From Vicugna vicugna (Eukaryota), in contig MU062035.1 of NCBI GenBank assembly GCA_013265495.1, positions 2,976,001-3,040,000 of the forward strand: a stretch of 64,000 nucleotides of DNA, read 5' to 3'. Under the pieces are notes generated by a model. The model was not told the origin of the DNA and searched no databases. It was given only the letters and a program-made list of their open reading frames with translations. Numbering within the stretch: position 1 is the first letter of the stretch; every line of letters begins with the position of its first letter. Made by a program: the position numbers and the translations under genes. This document shows, piece after piece, positions 53,391-64,000 of the stretch.

Positions 53391-53964
53391 GAGAATAAAC
53401 ACACCTTCACCCGACAGGCTGGATGGGGGTGGGCAGCACTCTTTAAAAGAGACCACTTCAGGCACATGGAACCACGTCTCCAATGGCCTCCAACAGCGTG
53501 AGCTGCACCCAGTGTCGCGGGGGGCCTGCCTCTCTCCGCACTCCCAGCTGTCCCATGTCCCACTTATTAACGCCTTCACTGTCAAGCCCGAAAGGTAAAG
53601 TGCCAGAGGCCACGGCCCTCCTGCTAGTGTGAGAAGCTCTGAGCGGCCTCACTGCCCCACCTGGCGGGGAGACGGCACCATCTCTCAGAGCCTAATCAAG
53701 CACTCCCCCACCACCCCAGCCAAATGGGAAACCCGGCCACTTCTGACCGGGGGCACACGTCTCCTCAAAAGGACAGCTGAGGTGCAACGGGGAAGGCCAA
53801 GAGTTCAAGCTGCTCTGTCGCTGAACTTGTCCTGCACAGACCACATGCTGTCATAAGGCCCCTGAGGAGAGCTGGCCAGCACCTTCTTTTCTGTCATCAC
53901 AGCACTTAGCTCTGACACTGGGCCTACCTGCACCCAACGCTGCCCCCAAGCCCCTGACCCACAT

Positions 53965-54130
53965 TACGTGGTCCTTACAACTGGCCTCTTTGTGAATGAG
54001 GTAAATTCATCATTCTCCTCCTCATGCAAATGAGGAAACTGAGGCACGGAGAATTTCAGCAGCCTCCTTAAGGTCATCTGGACATTCAGGGCACACCCAG
54101 GTGCCGCTAACTCAGACTCCAGTGGCCTTA
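53965..54130 (-). mobile_element. MIR
   Basis: catgcaaatgaggaaactgaggcacggaga...aaggtcat. Confidence 0.75.
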
Positions 54131-55724
54131 AAGACTGGCGATGCTTTACTGCTTTCCCGCAGACGGCCACCAGCCCTAGGACGAGGGGCTGAGGTCTCCT
54201 GAGCTACATCTCAGCTTCACGAGGCATCTCCATTCATCTCTCTGCCTCAGATTACACACCTTAGAATGTATAATATGCTGCCTCCTCTCTCAGAGTTTGG
54301 GGAGGGGCGGGTTGACTGGACCATTAACCAATGTTTATTTAGCATCAGCGATGTGGCCAGGCACCACGCAGGATCTGGCCACACGGACCCTACAGGTGCT
54401 TCGAGGCCAGAGGGCCCTTGGGGTGCACACAATGACAGCACACGATGAACAGGAAGGGCTCTGGACCAACCCCTGCTGGGGGACACTCCTTGGAGATGCG
54501 GCTGCCTGGAACATGCAGTGTTTGGAAGCAGGAAGCTCAGTGAAACAGGGAGGAAAAGGCTGGGGAAGAAGTGGTAAGCAAGCAGCTTTGTTTAAAGTGC
54601 CCGACACACATCTCTGCTCCCAACTTTATTCAGCACACAGTCAGAAAGAGAGAAATCCACTCCGGTGAAGGGTAATCATTTCCAGCCTGGAGCAGATCTC
54701 CTAAAGGGTTTTGTTCTGAACCAAGAGTGTTATTTTAGCTTCCAGTCAATAGTAATTAAGCGTGCCTGTACATTCCAGAAAGAGGGGCAAGGGAGATTAA
54801 CGATAATTAAATCTCTTCTGTATTTGGCTTCGAAATCTCTCCTGAGTAGCCAGCTGTCAGATACTTATTCCAAAGCCTCCATCTGACATAACTCCTACCA
54901 CCACCATCTGTAACGTCAATTCTGGTCTTAGCTTGAAGGTTTCAATTACATAAAAGGTAACAGGCCCACTAGGACCTGAAAGTCTGGAGTTTCACAAGCG
55001 CCGTTCATACCACTTCTCTTGCGCGCCAAATATCTAGAGTCTGGTCGGTAATCACATGTGAAGAGGGCCACAGGGCTGGACAGCCCCTTTGGAAGGCCTC
55101 TCGCAGGCAAGTTCTGTGCATCTTGTGATTGACAGGGTCTCTAATGAACCTTAATTGTGAGCGCGACAGGCCCAGGAAGGCAGCAACAGATGTGGCAAAG
55201 GGGCAACCGCAAACTGCCCAACTAATGAATAAAAAGTGTCCGGCCTGATGAGGGCCCCTGACCCAAAGAAGGGGGAGGGAGGAGTCATTCCTCACCCCTG
55301 TACCTTTCTAAAGCTCTGACTCCTTTATGCAAGCAATGGGAAGCCTCTGGGTGTGCTGCCAGGTTCCCCTCCCCGACCTCCAATCTCGCCACAAAGAAGA
55401 ACAGAGACGCAACGCGCTCGGTGGTGGCAGCCTGGACGCAGGGACCACGTGATCATGCTACAGACGCTGCCGACTCCATCAGCATTTCGGCTTAGACCAT
55501 GGAAGGCCAACAGGATGCCCTTCCAATATGGGAAGGAGAAAGCTACACTCTATGAAGACTGAATAGCTTCTCCCTGGTGCTAATTACTGTGACCATGTCT
55601 GCATTCAGAGTCAGCCGCCCGCTGGTGACCTGTAGTGACAAGGAGAAAGCTGTTCCTGGAGAAGCTGTGGGCACAGACAGCATGGCAGGAGAGGAACAGG
55701 CATCTGAGTCACATGGGCCTGGGG

Positions 55725-55870
55725 GGACCCTGACCCTGACGCTGCTACTAACCCGCTGTGAGGCTCTGACCAACTCATTAAACCTCTCAGTTTCTTCATC
55801 TGTAAATGGTGGACATACAAGACTAACCTTGTAGTAAGCATGTAAAGCGTCTAGAACAGTCTCTTGTATC
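55725..55870 (+). mobile_element. MIR
   Basis: ttaaacctctcagtttcttcatctgtaaatgg...catgtaaagcgtctagaacagt. Confidence 0.8.
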
Positions 55871-57544
55871 TGACAGTTATCACTTAAAGCCAGGAGACCA
55901 GCAGGGTTTCTATTTGTTTGCACAATGACCACATCACACTGGTTCAAGTTCCATGTGATCTCAGAACCCCGTACAGCCACTCTAAGCCAGGTACCATGCA
56001 GAAGCTTTACAAACACGATCTCTGGTTCTCAAGGTCAGTGCCCGTCTCCTTGATGGGGAAGTCAAGGCTCAGAGGATACACAGCTAAGATGTGTGGAAGA
56101 TGAAAGCAAAGCATGGCTGGGCCTTCAGACTGCAGGGGCTCAGCTGTATTATACCCCACTGCTCCTAAGCACACATTATGGCCACCCAATCTCACACTAA
56201 GAGTTAGCCCCAAAAATACATAACTAAGAATTTTACAGAACTCTGGCCTCCAAGTATACTAAAATACGCTGCCTTAACCTCACAAATAAGGGGGGAGGAG
56301 GCAGTCACGAGAAGGGAACCATTAAATAACCAATCTGTTTCCAAGCAATGTGCAAAATAACCAGGCACTCTACTTCAAGCCCACCGCGAACTTTCCCTCC
56401 TTGGCTGGTGGCATGTGCATCAGTGGTAGGAACAGGTAGCAGCAGGTGAGATGCTAAAACAGCCTCCCCACCACAAGAAACAGATTCAGGAGAGGCCCAA
56501 GAGGGGAAAAGCCAGGGACTAGAGGACCACTGCTGGCTGACTGTGAAAGACTCTCAGGTGTGGACCCGGGGTTCTCAAGCTGGAGAAAGGGGTGCCTGGG
56601 GGTGACACTGGCAGTGTGGAGGAGGAGAAGAAAGATTAGGGATGTGGGTTCAAGATGGGGACAAGAGATGAGCTGTCCTGAGAAGCTGCATGTGGAAACT
56701 GAATGCAAGGGAAGGCACAAGAAAGCAGGACCCTGGAGAACAGAAAGGATCCCAAGGGCTCCAAGCTCACAGGTGGCCCGTCCTGGATGATATAGAGGTA
56801 AGTACCCATGCGGCACACCCCTGGATGGCTGAAGGGAAGGCCATGAGGTCAGATGACCTGGGAGGCTACAACGTCAGCTGGTTTGTCCTTGGACACTGAA
56901 ATCAACCTTAAAGTCTTATCAGACCATCCAACTACTTTGTTTAGCGTTCCTGTCCCAGGGCTTCCAAAGAACTCTGAATGATAATCTGACAACTGGGAGC
57001 AGTTATGCACCCAGGGGACTGAAGCAAGGAGAAGGGTGACTGCCAAAGCAATCAGCAAGGGGAGTGAAAAAGACCCACCATCCAGGGAGCCCACCCCCAA
57101 CCAGAGCAGAGGGAGGAGTGTGCTGTTAGATCACCCTTAGCTCTGCGGAGTGACAAATGTTGTCACTAGCCATAGAACCAGTCAGCCACAGTCTGGCTCT
57201 GGCCTCCTCCACTCACTATGGGGTTGAGGGCAGTGGCTTTCTGTTCCCGGCTTTCTGTTCAGGGATTCCAACTTGAGAGTTCGGGAAGGTGGGGGGATGG
57301 TTTTCATGACAATCTAAAATCTCCTTCCTTTCAGGTTAAATAAACCAAGACCTTACAACTCTGTACTGGGTTACACTGTCCCCTTCCAAACCCCAGAAGT
57401 CAAGGCTGGGGCTGTGTCCGCCTGGGGAAACAGAGTCAGGGAGGCTGCTAGGGATGTCAGGGCACAGCCTCCAGGCAGGCAGAAGCCAGGGATGGTAATA
57501 AAAGCATCAGTCAGCATTTTAAAGCACGTGTCTTATGTGCGCAC

Positions 57545-57715
57545 GTTAGCACTTTATATGCCTTCCCAAATCCCCACAGCCACCCCGGGAATGCAGGTTT
57601 CTTATCTGAATCTGGTCTATGGGAGGAAACTCGGGGAGGTAAGGTAACCTGCCTGAGGTCTCAACGCTGGACAGTGACCAAGGTGGGACTCAAGGCCAGT
57701 CAGCCTCACTCTGCC
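57545..57715 (-). mobile_element. MIR
   Basis: gcactttatatgc...gaggaaactcggggaggtaaggtaacctgcctgaggtc. Confidence 0.65.
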
Positions 57716-58249
57716 CACTCAAGTGAGCGGCCAAGGTGACGGGGCCTGACCAGGGGAAATCCGCCAGAGGTCCACCTGCTCGCCTCTCTTCCCCAAGTCA
57801 CCATTCAGGGCAGGTTATGTGATCACAGACCTGAGGGAAAACGATGCCTCTTCTGCCAGCAAAAGGGGACCCTGAAAGTAGTGACATCAACATAAGGGTA
57901 TCCATGGAGATGCTCCTTTGGTTCCAGCAACAGAACTCGGATTCTGAGACTGAGACCATCTGGCCCTCACCTCAAAGAGGAGGAGCCGAAGACCCAGAGG
58001 GACCTGCTGCTCACAGAGCGGGCTGGCGGCACTAGAAGAAGTCACAACCCAGGCTTCCTGACTTCCGGTAAGACTTGCTCAATGAATGTGATGCTTTCCC
58101 CCTCCTATTGAAGGAGCTAGTTCTCTATTTGAAAAAGACAACAAAAAAAGCTATGTTTCTTCCTATGCCATTTTTATCAAACAGTTACGAAAATTCAAAA
58201 CATCACACTCAGTGCCACTGCCCAAAAGAATCTTAAAAGCCAGGCCATC

Positions 58250-58465
58250 TGATGTATAGGTTATGAACCTTTTCTGGAAACCAATGTTTTCCACAGTAGA
58301 CTGCATAAAAGTGAGTTAGAGAAACGCTGGGTTAGAGGAAAATGGGGTTGTTTCCTCTCTCTTTTTTTTTTTAACTGCAGGACTTCTCAGAACCTTTATT
58401 ATGACAATCCGGATGAGGAAACTCCTGGAGGGTAAATAGAGTGCGCCATGTTTCCCCAACTGCTG
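58250..58465. mobile_element. hAT-Charlie-type MER element (subfamily uncertain)
   Basis: gagaaacgctgggttaga...actgcaggacttctcagaacctttatt...catgtttccccaact. Confidence 0.6.
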
Positions 58466-59019
58466 CTGTCTTTGTTCCTGAAGAGACTCAAAACCAAGGT
58501 GAGGTGACCAATTTCGTGAAAGTCAGGAGAAGTATAGGTTGCATTCAGAAATATCACCCATCCACTGAGCAGAAGGAGGGGTCATCAGTGAAGGAGGCTT
58601 TCCCAGCCAGTCATCTTGTTTCATTTTGCACAGCTCGGACTAGGAAGGACGGAAAGGTTTGTGTGCTGGCCATCTGCACCGCCTCGTCCGTGCATCACTT
58701 GTCTGTGCACCTAGCTCTGCTCCAGCATACGGTGGTGGAGGGCCCTGGAATCACACTGCCTGGGTTCACAGGTTGGCTCCCCCACTGCTACCTGGTGACC
58801 CTGGACAAGCTGCCGAAGGCCCTGCCGCTGCTTTGGCCCAGTGAGGACAACGACGGCGACAACCTCAGAAGGTGTTTTCTGGAGATTTAAAGACCTACAT
58901 TCTTTGTCAGAAGCCACAAATATTTTTCAGTTTGTTCTCAGCCTTTTAATCATGTTAATCTGCACCTTACTGATGTTCTGATGTTCTCCCTCTGGGTCCT
59001 TCACGTTCTATTAATACGA

Positions 59020-59400
59020 GCCCACGGGAGTATGAGTACGCCCTGTGCAATGGACATTTAGCTTGTTTTCCTTCTAAATGATTAGCTGTTTCAGCAATTT
59101 TACTGAGGAATCAATTCCTCCGTCACAGGGAACAATGACTGTCACTCGTAGCTCCCACGTCGCGGGGCCTGTTTCTGAGCTGTCGGGCCCCGCAGCGCTC
59201 CTCCCGCCTCGTGGGAAGCGTACTCCCAGGTGGCACGTTGCTCTGCTGTTACAAATGGGATCTTGCCCTCCCATCCCCTGGCATCTTACATGTGTAACTG
59301 GTTTATGCCGTGCCGACTTGAGTACATTTGATTTAAAAGCAGTCAATTTACTGACCTGTCCTTTTATTTCCTGCAGTGTCAGAACCTGCTTTTCCTAAAA
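59020..59400 (-). mobile_element. Old L1 (L1ME-like) fragment
   Basis: caatggacatttagcttgttttcc...ttttactgaggaatcaattcctc; very diverged. Confidence 0.45.
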
Positions 59401-59510
59401 TTTTTAGGTTTGCTTTATTAACTGAAAGAAGATATAGTAAAATACTAATACTACTTGTGATTGGGCAGGACTTTTTTTTTTAAGGAGCACCCCACCCCCA
59501 ACACGCAATG

Positions 59511-59512
<2 letters not shown>

Positions 59513-59553
<41 letters not shown>

Positions 59554-59785
59554 NNNNNNNNNNNNNNNNNNNNNNNNNNNNNNNNNNNNNNNNNNNNNNN
59601 NNNNNNNNNNNNNNNNNNNNNNNNNNNNNNNNNNNNNNNNNNNNNNNNNNNNNNNNNNNNNNNNNNNNNNNNNNNNNNNNNNNNNNNNNNNNNNNNNNNN
59701 NNNNNNNNNNNNNNNNNNNNNNNNNNNNNNNNNNNNNNNNNNNNNNNNNNNNNNNNNNNNNNNNNNNNNNNNNNNNNNNNNNNNN

Positions 59786-59825
<40 letters not shown>
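59513..59825. repeat. (TG)n microsatellite with an internal 232-N assembly gap (59554-59785)
   Basis: 41 nt and 40 nt perfect TG arms flank the gap. Confidence 0.95.
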
Positions 59826-59827
<2 letters not shown>

Positions 59828-60184
59828 CGCGCACGCTGGGGGTCTGGGGGGCGGGGGGAGTCTGCTGAAGAAGCTTTCACCCCTGCACAGCTGCTCCAAT
59901 GAGCCCACTGCTCCCATCAGCCAGGCCGGGCAGAATCAGGCAGCAGTTTCTTTGCTCATTAAACTCTGAAGGAGCTTCGTACCAGCGGAGGCAGGAAGAG
60001 AAATTTTAAAAGCCTTTTTTCCTGAGGTACTTAAAAGTTCCATGGTGACCACCCTGCCCTCATCACAAAATTCCTTTGCAGCTTCACCTTTGAAGATGGT
60101 TTGACCTTAGCAGGACATATGGGAAGTAACATGCTGTAATGTTTTCATTTTTAAAGACAGTAGTAATTCCGTGGACAATATGCT

Positions 60185-60375
60185 GGAACCAAAGCTGGGT
60201 CTGACTCTTCCCTTGGTCACGTATCAGGTAGGGGCCTCACGTGGCTCTGGGACATCCTCAGGTCCATCTATAAAAGGGGATCCTCCCACTTAGTTTACAG
60301 AGCGGCTGTGAAGGTAAACGAAGTAATGGATGAGATGTATTAATGATGAGGCACATACATACTAGTGCTTCTGAC
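60185..60375 (+). mobile_element. MIR
   Basis: catctataaaaggggat...ttacagagcggctgtgaaggtaaacgaagtaatgga. Confidence 0.6.
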
Positions 60376-62489
60376 ATTTGATGGATGTTCATTAAAGCTA
60401 TTTCTTTTCCTATGTCATTCACTGAAAAAGACTTTATGAAGAATGAAAAGAGGCGGAGTCAAATTCTAAATCTGAGACCAAACAAAAAATAATTTCCGTT
60501 TTGAACTTCATAATCTCCTATGGAAAATAACAAAAGCATACTACAGGGTGGCTGACATTAAAGGGGATGGGAGACAGCTTTCAAACCACCTAGCTTTGGA
60601 GAATTTCAAGCCTGAAGCCATAGTGGGTAATTTACCGTGACTGTTCTGGAATGGTCAGGACCAGTGGACATATCGTTACAGTCTCCTGGAGCAAAGTCTG
60701 CTTCACTCCCCAAGGAACAAGCACACAAAAGGAAGCAAATAACCCTGTACTTTTCTCCTTTGCTCGTTTGGTTTCAGGTTTAACTGTCTGGACTGCACGT
60801 GCAGTCTCATTCTTAATGCGATCAAATGAGGGTCTATTAATCTGCATATAACAGAACTCATCAGAATTTCAAATAACTTCTGGCCATAGCTATGGGGTGG
60901 GGGCAGGTCAGGTGAGGGGCCCCAGGGAAGTCCCACATTCTCTTTCTAAGCAAATGATGCCATTTCATCCTAGTTTAGAAGGGCTGCCTAGCTGCCACCT
61001 TGACATAAATCACCATCAGGTGGCAGGGTCCTTGCCTCAGCCACAGGCTGGGGCCCTGAGAGGCCACCTCCCTCTGGAGAGGCGCCCTGGGTGGGGAACA
61101 GAGGGCCAGTCCAGCACCTCGGGTCCAGGGTCCGCTTTCTCACTCTGCCCTGCTTTAGTCAGACAGCTGAAGTCCATTCAAACAGCAAAATGCATGCATG
61201 AAAAGGCTCACCACAACTTTCCAAGGAATGGAGTTCATTAACATACTGCTGCAGGCCCCTGGCGGGAATGCCTTCTCCCCTTGTAAAGGGGGAACTGCAG
61301 CACAGAATCGCCTGCAGGAAAGCGCAGAATAAGCTCAGAAACATCAACAAGACAGAGGCTGTGCAGGGTCCCTGCACAATTACCAATCATCCAGGCCATT
61401 CCTCTACCCCTGCTCCAGAGACAACATCCGGCCCTGGAGAGAAAACTTCCCTGGAGACCCCACCGCACGCGAGTGGAAGCCAAGCGCCCCCACCCCCAAG
61501 AGAAACCCACAGAGAACCTGCCCAGGTACCAGGGAACGAATAGGGGGCAGCACAGGCCCCTCCTCGCCTGGCAGGGCTACAGAACCCTGGCCCCAGCCCC
61601 GTGCACCAGGGGGGGGCACCCCCTTCCCCTGGGCTCCTGGGGGCCGGACAGCAAGGAGACTAAGTGCTGAGGGGAGACCCAGTCACAAAGCCCAGCTGAG
61701 CATCTCCAACCAAGGTTCCAGAGCACCAGCGCACACACACGGCAAAGCCACGTCCCTGGATGTGGGGAGGGGGGCCGCTTCCCGGAGCAGCAACTTGACT
61801 CAAGGCCTTGGTGGAGAAAGCATTCTTTTTATGTTAAAATGTCTTGCATGTGGGCATGTTATGGTTTGGAATGCACTTTTTAAAAAAGACAAAACACAAA
61901 ATTCTCTGCTAGAGGCAGCCACTTTCGGCTTTGCCCTCAAAACTCCAAAGATATGTATGTGCTCTCTGCAGGAATACTTAGTCAGAAATACTTCGGGAAA
62001 GGATCTGAGAAGCAGTTACGAGGCCAGGTGCAAGGTGGCCAGCAACCAGTCAGAAGAGAGGGTGCAGCTCGCTGAAGAGCCTGTACCACCTTCAGGCAAA
62101 GAGAAGGAAAAGAGCCGGGCCTGCTGTGACCCGTGACAGGTATGCCGCGTGCAGAGCGGGCGTGGCCGAGCCCTCCCCCTTCCAGAAAACCGCGCCTGAG
62201 CTTGCCTGAGCTCCCCAGTAACGTCAGCTCTGTGGAGCGAGGCCTTTCATCGTGCAGCCCCAGCGCCCAGGATGGGGTGTGGTGCTCAGAGACGTTAAAT
62301 ACTTGGAGAAAGAATAGCTCAGTCCCGAGACTCTAGATAGCCGTCTGCAGAGCTGATTAGCTGGTCAAGACCAAAGGGCCGAGACAATCCAGCCAAGGTC
62401 ATTCTTATCACGGATCCAGCTCTAGGCTCCCTGTATTTTTTTTTCCCCTGTGGAAGAAAAGCCAAGGAGTAAAGGTTGTGTTTCTTCCC

Positions 62490-62545
62490 GGGGCTGAGCG
62501 CAGCGTCTGGTTCACAGGAGGCGCTCAGTAAATGTTGGCTGAATC
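62490..62545 (+). mobile_element. L2 3' terminus
   Basis: gcgtctggttcacaggaggcgctcagtaaatgttggctgaat. Confidence 0.7.
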
Positions 62546-63779
62546 CACTGGCTTTTCACCTAGGCTAAGACCTCTTTAGCATGAAGACATTTTAAATGCT
62601 GTCTTTGAAATAAAGGAGGAAAATATGCTGGTATGAGACTGTTTTAAATCTGGTTACTCTCCAACACAGATGAACCCGATCATGTCTGGCCTCCCGGGCC
62701 CCCCGCCCAGCACATCCTCATCCCCTGCGGACAGAACTGAGCTCTATGCTCTCTTCCACACAGCTCTCCCCAGGAAAAGCACTTCCAGATCTCACAGGTT
62801 CAACTATTAGGGACTGAAAAATGGCGATGCTTTGCAGAAATCAGATAGATAATCAGTAACATTAATGACTATTAAATAGTAACATTAGCCTTAATTTCAA
62901 TCACAAAGGTGTGCGAGCTTGACTTCCTGGCTGCTTCACGAAGCAGGGTGTTGGCAACACAAGCTGGAGGTCTCTGCTCACTGGTTCACCCCGCGCCCTC
63001 CAGCTGCCAAGCAGGAATCTCCCTGCAGACTTCACACTACCTACAGGTGGACAACTTCTGTGAACTGCTCAAAGTATAGGTCTGCTGAGGCTGGCCCTTT
63101 CTATTTCTGGAGGGCAATTCTGGCTGCTAAAAAGAAATGTGCTGAGATGAAAACCGATCAAATTCTCCACTCCCTGGTCCAAGCATCAGGACTTCCACCG
63201 CTAACCCACAGGCCTGGCAGAATGGCCAAGATGCTTTCCCAGCTCTGAAGTCTTCCCCCTTGCCTGAGCAAAGTCTGGGAAGACCCAAGGGCTGGACCTT
63301 CGGGTGACTACAAGCAAAGGCGGGAGAAGGAATTAAAACCTGAAGCAACCAACGTTTGCAAGCAAAGACTTTTCTGCCCGGTTAAACAGACTTAGCGCTA
63401 TTTTTGGTTTGCTCTTAAAAAGGCAAAGGACGATGGCCTGCTGGGTGCCAATTTGCAGAAACAAACTCCTTCCTCAGCTCAGGGCTCAAAATACACCCCA
63501 GCCGAGAAGTTTCGGCTAGCGCTGCCAGTGTGCAGAGTAAAGCCATAGAAGGTCAAAGTTTAGGAAGCCAAGGGAGCATCTTAGCATCATATGATTCCTG
63601 CCCACATGGACTTGTGGGTATTTCTGAAACAGCTTAACAACGGACTTCGGCTGGCTTCATTCTGGTACAATGGGATTAATATGTGATAAAATGATGTTTT
63701 GGTCATCTGCAAAGAAAGGTCAGTTCCCACCAATGAGAGCACACATCATAATCCCAAGGCAGCAAAAGCTCTGCTGGTG

Positions 63780-63806
63780 GAAAGAAAAAGAAAAAGAAAA
63801 AGAAAA
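63780..63806. repeat. (AAAAAG)n simple repeat
   Basis: aaagaaaaagaaaaagaaaaagaaaa. Confidence 0.9.
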
Positions 63807-64000
63807 CCGATCTGGCATGATAAATTGGGCTGCCCTGGCCAAGCTGCCAAACATACGCAACATTTCTCTTTAATTCTACTCTGAAATCGGACCACTGGTG
63901 GACTGGATCAATCCCCCCACGGCTCTCTGGCTCTGACATCTAAGCGAGGCCATTCCCTTCACAGGGAACGCTGGCAAATCCTAACATTCTTGTCAGTCTT

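Noticed and set aside
62855-62887. AGTAACATTA direct repeat 23 bp apart
   Set aside because: Short close 10-mer repeats in AT-rich DNA are expected by chance at this window size.
63770-63810. Strong minus-strand acceptor-like tract (CTTTTT)n-CCACCAG
   Set aside because: Produced by a simple repeat; no convincing partner donor at exon distance.

Overview
Mammalian genomic DNA, probably camelid: it carries one tRNA-Ala-derived SINE of the type I recall from camel/alpaca, and I saw no Alu, Bov-tA, PRE or Can-SINE. The whole 64 kb lies inside the CAPZB gene (F-actin capping protein beta subunit) on the minus strand. Five coding exons are readable with canonical AG/GT boundaries and matching phases: exon 4 (32143-32256), 5 (14015-14156), 6 (13522-13638), 7 (1754-1819) and 8 (845-921). 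Exon numbering follows the human gene from memory, and the peptides match human CAPZB as I recall it. Exon 3 (122 nt expected) was not found as sequence; a 164-N gap at 37317-37480 sits where it should be. Exons 1-2 and the beta1/beta2 C-terminal exons appear to lie outside the window. The rest is GC-rich intron with many old MIR, L2, L1, CR1 and hAT MER fragments, a MER21-type solo LTR and microsatellites. Repeat family calls are by eye against remembered consensus sequences and their boundaries are approximate. Apart from the short stretches covering exons 4, 6 and 7, the ORF track looks like chance ORFs. I found no supportable novel biological system. The findings are an assembly/annotation pitfall plus low-to-moderate-interest splicing and regulatory hypotheses.
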